The notes below the pieces were generated by a model. It saw only the letters and a list, made by a program, of their open reading frames with translations. It did no database searches and had not been told where the DNA came from. Position numbers and translations under genes: made by a program. From the human T2T-CHM13v2.0 reference genome, Homo sapiens, in NCBI RefSeq assembly GCF_009914755.1, contig NC_060927.1: a DNA stretch of 64,000 bases; one strand, written 5' to 3'. Below, in pieces: positions 37,368-60,670 of this stretch. The stretch's first letter is position 1. Each line of letters starts with the position of its first letter.

Positions 37368-40300
37368 TTTTTTACTCTTTTTTCTCTAAACTTCTCTTCT
37401 CACTTTATTTCATTAATTTGATCCTCAATCACTGATACCCTTTCTTCCACTTGATCGAATTGGCTATTGAAGCTTGTGCATGCATCATGTACTTCTCATG
37501 CCATGGTTTTCACCTCCATCAGGTCATTTAAGGTCTTCTCTACACTGTTTATTCTAGTTAGCCATTTCTCTGTCTTTTTTCAAGGTTTTTTAGCTTCCTT
37601 GCGATGGGTTCGAACATCCTCCTTTAGCTCAGAGAAGTTTGTTATTACTGACCTTCTGAAGCCTACTTTTGTCAGCTTGTCAAAGTCATTCTCTGTCCAG
37701 CTTTGTTCCATTGATGGCGAGGAGCTGCGATCCTTTGGAGGAGAAGAGGCGCTCTGGTTTTTAGAATTTTCAGCTGTACTGGTTTGGTTTCTCCCCATCT
37801 TTGTGGTTTTATATACCTTTGTTCTTTGATGTTGGTGACCTACAGATGGGGTTTTTGTGTGGACATCCTTTTTGCTGATGTTGTTGCTATTCCTTTCTGT
37901 TTGTTAGTTTTCCTTCTCACAGTTAGGTCCCTCAGCTACAGATCTGTTGGAGTTTGCTGGAGGTCCACTCCAGACCCTGGTTTCCTGGGTATCACCAGCG
38001 GATGCTGCAGAACAGCAAATATTGCAGAACAGCAAATATCACTGCCTGATCTTTCCTCTGGAAGCTTCATCCCAGAGGGGCACCCACCTGTATGTGGTGT
38101 CAGTCGGCCCCTACTAGGAGGTGTCTCCCAGTTAGGCTACATGGGGGTCAGGGACCCACTTGAGGAGGCAAGTTTGTCCATTCTCCAAGCTTGAACACCA
38201 TGCTGGGAGAACCACTGCTCTCTCCAGAGCTGTCAGACATGGATGTTTAAGTCTGCAGAAGTTTCTGCTGCATTTTGTTCAGCTATGCCCTGCCCCCAGA
38301 GGTGGAGTCTTCAGAGGCAGCAGGCTTGGCTGAGCTGTGGTGGGTTCCACCCAGTTCGAGCTTCCCTGGCTGATTTGTTTACCTACTCAAGCCTCAGCAA
38401 TGGTGGACGCCTCTCCCCCTGCCAGGCTGCTGCCTCACAGGTGGATCTCAGACTGCTGTGCTAGAAGGGAGCAAGGCTCCATGGGCATGTGACCCACCGA
38501 GCCAGGCATGGGATATAATCTCGTGTGCCGTTTGCTAAGACTGTTGGAAAAGCACAGTATTTGGGCAGGAGGGTCCCATTTTTCCAGGTACCATCTGTCA
38601 TGGCTTCCCTTGGCTAGGAGAGGGAAATCCCCTGACCCCTTGCACTTCCCAGGTGAGGCAATGCCCCACCCTGCTTTGGCTCGCCCTCCGTGGGATGCAC
38701 CCACTGTCCAACCAGTCCCAATGAGATGAACCAGGTACCTCAGTTGGAAATGCAGAAATCACCCATCTTCTGCGTGGACCACACTGGGAGCTGCAGACTG
38801 GAGCTCTTCCTATTCCACCATCTTGGAATGGACCGATCACATGGTTTTTGTCTTTAGTTCTGTTCATGTGATGAATTATGTTTATTGGTTTGCATATGTT
38901 GAACCAGCCTTGCATCTCAGGGATGAAGCCAACTTGATTGTGGTAGATAATCTTTTTGATGTGCTGCTGGATTTGGTTTGTATTTTATTGAAGATTATTG
39001 CATTGATGTTCATCAGGGATATTGGCCTGAAGTTTTCTTGTTGTTGTTGTATCTCTGCAAGGTTTTGGTATCAGGATGATGTTGACCTCATAAAATAAGT
39101 TACAGAGGATTCCCTCCTTTCCAATTGTTTGGAATAGTTTTAGAAGAAATGGTACCAGCTCCTCTTTGTAGTTCTGGTAGAATTCAGCTGTAAACCTGCC
39201 TGGTCCGGGGCTTTTTTTGGTTGGTAGACTATTACTGCCTCAATTTCAGAACATTTTATTGGTCTATTAAGGGATTCAACTTATTCCTGGTTCAGTCTTG
39301 GGAGGGTGTATGTGTCCAGGAATTTATCCATATCTTCTGGATTTTCTAGTTTATTAGGTTAGAGGTGTTTATAGTATTATCTGATGGCAGTTTGTATTTC
39401 TGTTGGGTCAGTGGTGATATCCCCTTTATCATTTTTTGTTGTATCTGTTTGATTCTTTTCGCTTTTCTTCTTTATTAATCAAGCTAGCAGTCTATCCATA
39501 TTATTAATTTTTTTGAAAAAACAGCTACTAGATTCATTGATTTTTTGAATAGTCTTTTGTGTCTCTATCTCCTTCAGTTCTGCTCTCATCTTGGACATTT
39601 TTTGTCTTCTGCTAGCTTTGGGGTCTGCTCTTGGTTCTCTAGTTCTTTTAATTGTGATGTTAGGATGTAGATTGGAGATCTTTTTAGCTTTTTGATGTGG
39701 GCATTTAGTGCAATAAATTTTCCTCTTATCACTGCTTTATCTGCATCCCAGAGATTCTGTACATTGTTTGTTTGCTCTCATTGGTTTCAAAGAACTTCTT
39801 GATTTCTGCCTTAATTTCATTATTTACCCAGGAGATGTGTTGGAGTTTGCTGGAGGTCCACCCCAGATGCTGTTTGCCTGGGTATCACCAGCGGGTATCA
39901 TTCAGGAGCAGGTTGTTTAAATTCCATGTAGTTTTGTGGTTTTGAGTGAGTTTCTTAATCTTCTAATTTGATTGCTCTGTGGTCTGAGAGACTGTTTGTT
40001 ATGATTTCAGTTCTTTTGCGTTTGCTGAAGATTGTTTTACTTCCAATTATGTTATCAATTTTAGAGTAAGTGCCATGTGGCACTGAGAAAAAGGTATATT
40101 CTGTTGTTTTTGGGTGGAGAGTTCTGTAGATATCTGTCAAGTCCACTTGACTAAGCTGAGTTCAATCCTGAATATCTTTGTTAATTTTCTATCTTGATGA
40201 TTTGTCTACTATTGACAACAGGGTGTTAAATCTTTCACCATTATTGTGTGGGAGTCTAAGTCTCTTTGAAGGTCTCTAAGAGCTTGTTTTATGAATCTGG

Positions 40301-43300
40301 GTGCTCCTGTATTGGGTGCATATATATTTAGGATAGTCAGCTCTTCTTGTTGAATTGAACCCTTTACCATTATGTAATGTCCTTCTTTGTCTTTTTTGAT
40401 CTTTCTTGGTTAAAGTCTGTTTTGTAAGAAACTAGGATTGCAACCCCTGTTTTTTTTTTTTGTTTTTTTTTGTTTTTGTTTTTGTTTTTTTGTTTTTTTT
40501 TGCTTTCCATTTGCTTAGTAGATTTTCCTCCATCCCTTTATTTTGAGCCTATGTGTGTCTTTGCATGTGAAATGGGTATCTTGAATACGGCACACCAATG
40601 AGTCTTGACTCTTTATCAAGCTTGCCATTGTGTGTCTTAACTGGGCCCATTTACATTTAAGGTTAATATTGTTACATGTGAATTTGATCCTGTCATCATG
40701 ATGCTAGCTGGTTATTTTATAGTCTTGTTTATGTAGTTACTTCATTGTGTTGTTGGTCTGTGTACTTCAGTTTGTTTTTGTAGTGGCTGGTAATGTTTTT
40801 TCCTTTCTACATTTAGTGCTTCCTTCAGGAGCTCTTGCAAGGCAGTCCTGGTGGTGTGAAAGTCCCTCAGCATTTGCTTGCCTGAAAAGGACTTTATTTC
40901 TCCTTCATTTATGAAGGAAAGTTTGGCTGGGTATGAAATCCTCAGTTGGAAATTCTTTTCTTTAAGAATGTTGAATACTGGCCCCTAATCTCTTCTGGCC
41001 ATAGGGTTTCTGTTGCAAGGTCTGCTGTTAGTCTGATGGGCTTCCATTTGTAGGTGACTTGGCCTTTCTCTCTGGCTGCCCTTAACTTTTTTTATTCATT
41101 TGACCTTGGAGAATCTGATGATTATGTGTCTTGGGGTTGATTTCTCTTGGAGTATCTTACTGGAGTTCTCTGTGTTTCCTGAATTTGAAGGTTGACCTGC
41201 CTTGCTAGGTTGGGAAAGTTCTCCTAGATGATATCCTGAAGTATGTTTTCCAAGTTGGTTCCATTTTCCCTGCCTCTTTCAGGTACCCTAATCAGTTATA
41301 GGTTCAGTCTTTTTACATAATCCCATAGTTCTTGGAGGTTTTGTTCATTCCTTTTCATTTTTTTTCTCTAATCTTTTCTGCCTGTCTTATTTTAGCAAGA
41401 TAGTGTTCAAGCTCTGATATTCTTTCCTCTGCTTGGTCTATTCGGCTATTGATACTTGTGATTACATTGTGAAGTTCTCATGTTGTGTTTTTCAGCTCTA
41501 TCAAGTCGTTTATGTTCCTCTAACATTTTATGATGGTTCTTAACTTCTTTGCACTGGGATAGAACATACTCTGTTAGCTCATCAAAGTTCATTATTACCC
41601 ACATTTTGAAGCCTGTTTCTGCCAGTTCATCCAGCTCAGCCTCAGCCCAGTTCTGGCTCCTTGCTGGAGAGGTGTTGTCATCATCTAGAAGAGAAGAGGA
41701 ACTCTGGCTTTTGAGTTTTCAGTGTGTTTTTTCATTGATTCTTCACATCTTCACAAGTTTATCTACCTTTGATCTTTGAGGTTGCTGACGTGTGGATGGA
41801 GTTTTTATGGGTACTTTTTTGTTGACTGTGTTGTTTTTGTTGCCTTCTGTTTGTTTGTTTTTCTTTTAACAGTCTGGCCCCTCTTCTGTAGGGCTGCTGT
41901 GATTTGCTGGGGGGGCCACTCTAGATCCTATTTGCCTGGGTCCCTCCCACACCTGGAGGTGTCACCAGTGGAGGCTGCACAGCAGCAAAGATGGCTGCCT
42001 GCTCCTTCCTCTGGGAGCTCAATCCCAGAGAGGCACCAGCCTGATGCCAGCAGGAATGCTCCAGTATAAGGTGTCTGGCAACCCCTGTTGGGGGGTCTCA
42101 CCCAGTCAGGAGGCGCAAGACCAGGGACCTGCTTAATGAAGCACTCCGGCTGCCCCTTGGTGGACGAGGAGCTCTGCGCTTGGGGGAATCCCACTTGTCT
42201 GGACTGCCCGGATTCCTCAGAGCCAGTAAGGGAAAAGACTAAGTCTGCTGATCCATGGGGACTCCAGCTGCCTCTCCCTGCAGGGCCTCCATCCCAGGGA
42301 GATTAAAGTTCTGTCCCTAAACCCCTGGCTATAGTTGCTGAAATTCCCAGACCCTGTCTGATGAGGAGGGATGGCTCCTGGTACGGCCTAAAGAGTCAGT
42401 CTGGCCACAGTCTGCCACAGCTGCTGTGCTGCACTGTGGGGAATTCCTCCTGGGGCCAAATCACCCAGTCTCCCCAGCACTGGCAAGAGAAAAAGGCCAA
42501 CTGGAGCTACAGTGATGGCTGCTGTCTCTCCCCTCGGGAGCTCAGTCATCTTAGGCAGCAGGCAGCCACGGTGATGACAGCCACCCATGCCCCCAGGAAC
42601 TGGGTAGTCTTAGGCAGTCTTCAGCCAAGCAGCTACTGAGAATCTGCACAGCTCTGTGCTTAGGACCCAAGGACCTTATAGCATGAGCTTACAAGGGGAT
42701 CTCCTGATGTACAATTGCACAAATCCATGGAAAAAAACATGGTTTCCTGGGTGAGGCAGCACAATTACTCAACACCTCCCTTGGTTGGGAGTGGGAGTTC
42801 CCCTTGCCCCATTCAGCTCCTGGATGGGCCGTCGCTCTACCCTGCTTTTCCCTGCTCTCCTTGGGTTGTGCCAACCTCCTAGTCAGTCCCAATGAGAGAA
42901 CCTAGATACCTTAGTTGCTGGTGCAGGATTCACTCACTGTTTTCATTCTTCTCAGTGGGAGCCTCCAACTGCAGCTGATTGTAGACCAATATATTTTCAA
43001 GATTGAATCCACAAACTAAAAATGCTGAAGGACAACAGCATTATGTCTGCAGAGGAAGGAACATGTAATAATATACAACTAAAGTTGGAATTGAGGTTAG
43101 GTGTTACCAATGACACTTCTCCCATCTCCAGACTTTCAGTGAAAGTCATAAAGCACATTTTATGCTTAGAAGAACAGGATATTCTATGCAATCTAATTTT
43201 GAAGCCATAGGTGTCTCTTTAAAAACTCTAACTTTATTTTACATCAGACGAGCATATGGTGTAAAAGTAATTATACATTTTAATGAACATGAATTCTTTC

Positions 43301-43429
43301 CTATTAGCAAACTATGTTGAACAAATATTTTTAAATATTTACTCTGGATATATTTATGTTATGCCACAATAGAGTGGGTGTTTAATGAAATGAAAATTGG
43401 TATGGTTTTGTTGCTTGGAGTAGAAAACA

Positions 43430-43525
43430 CTATGTATCTATGTACATATATACACATATATGTGTATACGCATGCAGGTACATATATAAAAATGTATATA
43501 TACATAGTATATACATGTATGTAAT
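43430..43525. repeat. Degenerate (TA/CA/TG) low-complexity repeat
   Basis: Directly visible. Confidence 0.7.
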
Positions 43526-43719
43526 AATTTGATAAGATATAGAAAAATGAGATGAGAAATACAAAATTGAAAACAAAATAAAACAGAACCATTGAAGCTT
43601 CACTTCAACATTTATAACACAAAATCAAGTCTCATTTGTACTTATTTTGAATCTTTTCCAAAGGAATTAGGATACAGGAAGAGCTCATTTTACCAGAACA
43701 TTTTTTTAAATAGGGATCA

Positions 43720-44069
<350 letters not shown>

Positions 44070-44281
44070 TTATTGTGTTTCTGAAGAGGCAAAGTCATGT
44101 TGTTGTCCCCACCTACGTTTGCTCCTTTTCTCCAGATAACCCTTGCGAGCACTAAATTGGAGCTATCACATCATGCTGTGTGTTACTAAGTTCAAGTCTT
44201 CATCTGCTGCTTTAAAGCCATGACCTGGGCAACTTGGATGGACTCACTTCTCCAATTTATACATGCTCAATATCTGTTTCC

Positions 44282-44622
44282 TTTTCTTTCTTTCTTTCCT
44301 TTCTTTCTTCTTCTTCTTTTTTTTTTTTTTTTCCACCCCCGAGACAGGGTTTTGCTCTGCTACCCAGGCTGGAGTGCAGTGGCATGATCATGGCTCACTG
44401 CGGTCTCGAACTCCCGGGCTCAAGAGATCCTCTTGGCTCAGTCTTCTGAGTAGCTGGGGCTACAGTCATACACTACCACACCCAGCTAATTTTTTCAATT
44501 TTTAGTAGAGGTGAGGTCTCTCTATGTTGCTCAGGCAGGCCTCAAACTCCTGAGCTCAAGCGATTGTCCTGCCTTGCCTCCTAAAATGCTGAGATTACAA
44601 GCATGAGCCACTACACCTGGCC
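44282..44622 (-). mobile_element. AluJ
   Basis: Reverse, diverged Alu dimer with a (CTTT)n-type tail. Confidence 0.92.
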
Positions 44623-46317
44623 TCAACTTTTGTTTTATAGGGTATTTTATAGGGTACTCCACAGGAGCCTAGAAACTACTACAAGTTCAAGACATCATCA
44701 ATAGAATCCACAAAAACCTATTAAACACTTGTACTACCTTAGATACAGGAGATAAAAGAAGATGAGATAAAGAAGTCATGGCCCTCAGGCAAGCAGACTT
44801 TGGAGGCTCTGGAAAAGGGAAAGACTGGGCAAATTGAATGCCTAATAGGGCTTGCTTTCAGTGCAGTCTACAAGGACACTTTAAAAAAAAGATTGTCTGA
44901 ATAGAAATAAGCCGCCCACTCATCCATGCCTCTTATGTCAAGGGAATCACTGGAAGGCCCACTGCCCCAGGGGATGAAGTTCCTCTGAGTCAGAAGCCAC
45001 TAACCAGATGATCCAGCAACAGGACTGAGGGTGCCCGGGGCAAGCGCCAGCCCATGCCATCACCCTCACAGAGCCCCAGGTATGCTTGACCATTGAGGGC
45101 CAGGAGGTTAACTGTCTCCTGGACAGTGGCGCTGCCTTCTCAGTCTTACTCTTCTGTGCCAGACAACTGTCCTCCTGATCTGTCACTATCTGAGGGGTCC
45201 TAGGACAGGCAGTCACTAGATACTTCTCCCAGGCACTAAGTTGTGACTGGGGAACTTTACTCTTTTCACGTGCTTTTCTAATTATGCCTGAAAGCCCCAC
45301 TCCTTTGTTAGGGAGAGACATCCTAGCAAAAGCAGGGGCCATTATACACCTGAATATAGGAGAAGGAACACACATTTCTTGTCCCCTACTTGAGGAAGGA
45401 ATTAATCCTGACAATTAATTCCTGACAACAGAAGGACAATATGGATGAGCGAAGAATGCCCATTCCCTTCAAGTTAAACTAAAAGATTCACCTTCTTTCC
45501 CTACCAAAGGCAGTACCCCCTTAGACCTGAGGCCCAACAAGTACTTCAAAAGATTAAGGACCTAAAAGCCCAAGGCCTAGTAAAATCATGCAATAGTGCA
45601 ATAGTCCCTACAATACTTCAATTTTAGGAGTACAGAAACCCAATGGAGAGTGGAGATTAGTGCAAGATCTCAGGATTATCAATGAGGCTGCTGTCCCTGT
45701 ATAACCAGCTGCACCTAACCCTTATGCTCTGCTTTCCCAAATACCAGAAGAAGCAGAATGGTTTACAGTCCTGGACCTTAAGGATGACTTTTTCTGCATC
45801 CCTTACATCCTGACTCTCAATTCTTCTTTGCCTTTGAAGATCCTTCGAACCCAACGTCTCAACTCACCTGGACTGTTTTACCCCAAGGTTTCAGGCCATC
45901 TATTTGGCCAAGCATTAGCCCAAGACTTGAGCCAGTTCTCATACTTGGACACTCTCGTCCTTTGGTATGTGAATGATTTACTTTTAGCCTCCTGTTCAGA
46001 AACTTTGTGCCATCAAGCCACCCAAGCGCTCTTAAACTTCCTCACCACTTGTGGCTACAAGGTTTCCAAACCAAAGGCTCAGCTCTGCTCACAGCAGTTT
46101 AAATACTTAGGGCTAAAATTATCCAAAGGAACCAGGGCCCTCAGTGAGGAATGTAACCAGCCTATACTGGCTTATCCTCATCCCACAACGCTGGATACTG
46201 CCAAAGGAACCTGAAAATGCAGGAGACAATGCTAGCTATTCCTGCGAACCTCTACAGGATCTGTGCCTGCTCTTCAAATGACAACCGTGAGGAAAGTAAC
46301 TAGAATCGTAGATCCCC

Positions 46318-46870
46318 GTGGCCCTCCCTTGTCACATTTTTCTCTTTACTGTTCTCTTACCCACTTTCACTCTCATTGCACCTCCTCCATGCTGCTGTAC
46401 TACCAGTAGTTCCCCTCACCAAGAGCTTCTATGGATAATGCAGCTTCCCAGAAATACTGACACCTCATTGTATAGGAGTTTTTCTAAAGGAAACCCCACT
46501 TTCACCCCCCGTACACATACTCGCCCAGTAAGCCTATTTAATACCACTCTCACTGGGCTCCATGAAGCCTCAGCCCAAAACCCTACTAACTGTTGGATGT
46601 GCCTCACCCTGCATTTAGGCCATACATTTCAATCCCTGTATCTTTAATCTCCTTGTTAAGTTTGTCTCTTCCAGAATCGAAGGTGTAAAACTACAAATCG
46701 TTCTTCAAATGGAGCCCCAGATGCAGTCCATGACTAAGATCTACTGCGGACCCCTGGACTGGCCTGCTAGCCCATGCTCTGATGTTGATGACATCGAGGG
46801 CACCTCTCCCAAGGAAATCTCAACTGCATGACCCCTGCTATGCCCCAATTCAGCAGAAAGCAGTTAGAGC
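46318..46870 (+). pseudogene. HERV-W env remnant (syncytin-1 paralogue) with two large internal deletions
   Basis: Translation ALPCHIFLFTVLLPTFTLIAPPPC...HTRPVSLFNTTLTGLHE...NPTNCWMCL resembles ERVW-1. The start codon is GTG. The sequence jumps to the TM tail at ~46640. Confidence 0.88.
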
Positions 46871-46925
46871 AGTCGTCAGCCAACCTCCCCAACAGCACTT
46901 GGGTTTTCCTGTTGAGAGAGGGGAC

Positions 46926-50734
<3,809 letters not shown>

Positions 50735-50750
50735 AAGAAATAGTCAAATC

Positions 50751-50890
50751 ATCTATCGCCTGAGAGCACAGGGGGAGGGAAAATGATCGGGATATATAAA
50801 CCCAGGCATTTGAGCCGGCACTGGCAACCCCCTTTGGGTCCTCTCCCATTGTATGGGGGCTCTGTTTTCACTCTTAAATCTTGCAACTGC
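50751..50890 (+). mobile_element. LTR17 U3 3' part and R
   Basis: atctatcgcctgagagcacag...gggatatataaacccaggcatt...cttgcaactgc, followed by poly(A). Confidence 0.9.
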
Positions 50891-50914
50891 AAAAAAAAAA
50901 AAAAGAAAGAAACA

Positions 50915-51390
50915 GAAACATATGTTAACACAAGGAGCTGTACATAATGTTAATAGCAATTTAATTTGTGATAGACTCAAACTGGAAACAGTGAGAAAGT
51001 TCAAAAAGTAAGTGGATGAATAAATTAGAGTGTACCCCCAAAACCGAAGACATTCTGCAATAGAAAGGTATAAACTACCGGTACATTAAACAACATGAAT
51101 GAATCTCCAAAACATGCTGCTCATAAGAAGCCAGACACAAAAGAATATATGCCATATCTTCTCACTTATATGATAATCTGGAAAAGACAATGCAAATGTA
51201 CAGTGATAAAGTCTCAGTGGTTGCCTGGGTGTTGGTGTACAAATGAGGATTGACCAGAAAGAAGCAAAGAAAGTAACCTTTGGGGATAATGGAAATATTC
51301 TATATCTTGACTATAATGCGAGTTACATATGTGTATATATCTATCAAAGGTTGTTGAACAGTAAATTTAAAATACGTGCATTTCTCTTCT
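50915..51390 (+). mobile_element. Ancient L1M (L1MB-ME) 3' end
   Basis: aaactggaaaca...catgaatgaatctc...agaagccagacacaaaagaat...gtggttgcctggg...ggaaatattctatatcttga. Confidence 0.8.
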
Positions 51391-51604
51391 TATACTGAAC
51401 TGTAAGATACACACATATAAAATCTGATATATCTAGATATTCTAGATACATATACATCTACATATTGTTACATATATAGATATAGATATAATCTGATTAA
51501 AAAATAGCATCTGGGATATATAAAAGTATTCTTATAATTCAATGGTAGAAGATAAAGATAAATGATCCAAATGGTCAGTATAGTTCTAAATAATAACTTC
51601 TTTT

Positions 51605-57238
<5,634 letters not shown>

Positions 57239-58739
57239 AGCATTATCACATTAGGTATATACATTTTTGAAGATGAGTCCCATTTTAGAAATATTAACAT
57301 ATTATTATATCATTTTAGGAATCCAGGAAATGAATAATGTATAAACATATACATTAATATAATGTATTATATATTGTTATAAATGTGTATATTTATAATA
57401 TAAATGTGTAACATAGATAGGCAAGGGCCCATTTTCCCACTTTCAAGTCATCATTGTCCTGTCACTCAGGGAGACCCTGATTCTCAGTTCCTCTACAAAC
57501 CTTTCTTAGATATATTGGAGAGGACCTGTTTGTTCTCATTTTCTGTGTGGATTCAGAGCTGGCACTGTTCCCAACATCGCTGAAGGCCTCCAAAAATCTG
57601 TCATTGGAGATTGTTTTAAATATTGCCAACCTAGTTTAAAGGCCATCTTCCAGGTTCCTTGCACCTACCTACCATACATGCAATTGCTTAGAAAACAGAT
57701 AAATACAATGCCATCTGCAAAATAGCACCACTCTTCATGACTTTAGCAACTGCCTGATAAATATTCCTTAACATGGGTCAGCTCCTAATTGAGAATGTTC
57801 CAAAGTAATGCAAAGTAATAGCAAATGGAATTGTTCATTATTGACAAAATTTCCAGATTATTTCTAATTGTTTGGTCTTTATTTCATACTTCATTATAAA
57901 CAAATGAATGGGTAGATTTTTCACTAATGGATAAAATGTATAATGTTGACCACTGGAGAAAATAAAAGAACATGTTCTGATCAGAATGACCAAGTTGAAT
58001 TGTTAAGAGAGTGAACAGAACATAAATCCAGAGTTTCCAAAATATATATCAATATTTTATATTTATTCTTTTTTAAATCTCTTTTTATAAGTTAAATTGG
58101 CTCATTTAGCAAATGGAAATGGAAACTTTTTAAAAAGAACAAAAATCTCTCTATTTCTGTAAGGAGCTAAAAGAAGGAAGCATCTGCAGGGAAGTGCTGA
58201 AGCAACATTATTATAAATGGGGATACCTTTACAATTATTCCAGCTTCAGGCTTACACCTTTAGAAACAATTCATCACATTGCATCCTTTCTTCTTCCTTT
58301 GCCAGAATCAGCCAGAGATAAGCTTCCAGTTGCTAAAGTTGTGTGAGAAAAGTAGAATTTCTCTATCCCCTTGATATGACTTCAGCTCTGCTGATGTTGA
58401 AAACACCATAAGCAGATAGAAGGTCCATGATTACACCAGGCAACATTCCTCTCCTCCAGACAACCACCCTCTGGGATCTGGTCATGTAGTACAGTTCTGA
58501 GAAACAATACAGAGAAGAATTTGTCCAAATTTGGTAATAGATTCACAACGGTATGTAAAGGTGAAAGAGAAAGGAATTGAGGGTTGCTGTGAGGTTATGA
58601 GTCTGAGATTTTAGAAGGATGTTGGTGGCAAGGAAGCCAGATGGAAATATGTAATTGCAGGGATATTTGACATTAGATAAACAACTTGGTTGTTTGCCTC
58701 TTTAAGCCCCATTTATTACTACTTAGACTGAATTGATTT

Positions 58740-59275
58740 CTGCATGGCAAATATTGACTCATCTTTCAAAAGTCCCAGCTAAAATGTCACCTCCATGGAG
58801 AAGCCTTTCAGATACTCCCCAGGCATTTAGTTGCATCTCCAGGGTATTGTGAAAGTACACAATACATAAACTGTTCATATTGCTATCATATTTCCCATGT
58901 TGTAATTTGCTGCTTATATATTTTCTCCTTTTGACCAAGGGATCCATATGACATGATGAAAAGAGCACAGCGCATGAAGTAAGTAGACAGACCTGGTTCC
59001 ATTTCCAGCTCTGTCACCATAACATTGTGACCTCAGAAATGACTAGGGTACATATGACATGGGGAGAACAGTAGCAATTATGCAGGACAGTGGTAGAGAC
59101 TGAATCAGAAAGATACCCCAGAGTTTGACACTTAGTGGCACTCAATACATGCTCTTCTCTCTTTCTACATCTTGTTAAGACCATGTGCTCCTTGAAGGCA
59201 GGGATTGGTTTCTTGGGATCCTGGTACCTGGTACAATGCAGGTACTCAATAAATGTTTCTTGCATGAATGAATTG
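58740..59275 (+). mobile_element. L2 3' fragments and MIR
   Basis: aaatgtcacctccatggagaagccttt and gtactcaataaatgtttcttgcatgaatgaa (L2 end), with a MIR-like segment between them. Confidence 0.65.
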
Positions 59276-59419
59276 GTCCACTATGTGTGTCCCTTAGTTC
59301 ATGAAGTCGCCCCTTACTATACTTATTGCATGGTCTTTGTCCATCTCCTTCACTTGGCTGAGGGCTGTTCAAAGGAAGTAGACCATTCATATACTGTGTC
59401 TTTTGAACATTCTTCCTGT

Positions 59420-59800
59420 TCACCAAATCTTTATGGCTTTCTGCCTTCTGGGCACATAGTGAGATTTTACTTCTTGTTCTCCTTGTGACTGTATGAGGTT
59501 ATGGGACTAATTTTAGTCATTGAATTGTAAGTAGCAGTGCCTTCCTGGCATGAGCAAGTACGTGCCCATGTGAGACCCTCAAATTCTCTTTCTGTCATTG
59601 CATCTGGCAATACTTAAAAATGTGGTTGGCCAACAGCTTGTGTTTCTGAGTGACTGCAATGAGCAGAGTTCCCATTCTCTACCCACAGTCTGGAAGGGAC
59701 AAGTTAAATAATCAAGAATAAACCCTAGTCGATTTAAGTCACTGATATTTGGGGATGTTCTTGATCACAACCTACTCTCACCTGTTCTAATTGATACAGG
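59420..59800 (+). mobile_element. Old MLT1-type LTR
   Basis: ...caagaataaaccc...ttaagtcactgatatttggggatgtt...cctactctcacctgttctaattgataca, an MLT1-like end. Confidence 0.6.
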
Positions 59801-59879
59801 GACAATGAGCAGAGTGTCTAGCATTACATTCAATAAAGGGTAATTATCAGAGGCCTGTTCCATAAGCCATTTTACAGAA

Positions 59880-60670
59880 TTTTACTACTTAAGTGTTTTT
59901 AGAAGTAGTCTATCATTAACATTACACAATCCCATGTGACAGCTAGAAGAGAGATATTATCCCCATTTTACAGATGGAGCAACTAAAATCAGCAATTGCT
60001 CTCTATGAGGATTTCAGCAAGTCATACAAACACTTTTCAGAGTCAGGAATAGATCCCATTGCTTTTGCCTTCCAGATAGGCAACCATTTGACGAAACTAC
60101 ACAGGAATCATTGGAAATATAAAATCCACATTAATAAAACCCCTACTCTTGGGAAACCTGCATTTTATTTAGGATTGAAAAGACTGGAAATGGTTGGGAA
60201 ACAGCAATGCAAGGTTTGGTTTTGTTTAGGTTCTAAATTGTAGGTGTAAATGAATAAGCTATAGAATATCAAAAAGAGGTGAGATTATCTTAAGTAGGAG
60301 ATGAGATTTGAGAGCAAATATATAGCATTCTATTTGAAAGAATTTGCTCTGATAAAAGTAGAAATTGTATATTGTACCAAACAATTGGTTAATTCTTATT
60401 CGTATTTTAGGGCTCAGTTCAGATGTTACCACCTCTGAGAGGTCTTTCCCAACTCCCTCATCTACTTTAGGGCACTTCCTACATATATCTTGCTCTGGCA
60501 TATAACTGCTATACTAGCTTTCCACTGTATCATAATCACCCATTTAGTTTTTCTACCTTCTCCATTAGACACTAAGACACTAAGGGCTGGGAACACGACT
60601 GCTTTGCATAACAAGCATCTAGCACTGTGGATGACAATTTAGTGGGCATACAATGATATTTGTGAGTAGA
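59880..60670. mobile_element. MIR (59880-60080) and L2 (60400-60670) fragments
   Basis: tattatccccattttacagatgga (MIR core) and ctcagttcagatgttaccacctctgagaggtctttcc (L2). Confidence 0.65.

Noticed and set aside
46318-46647. Functional syncytin-like gene
   Set aside because: It has a GTG start, most of SU and TM are deleted, and there is no 5' LTR promoter.
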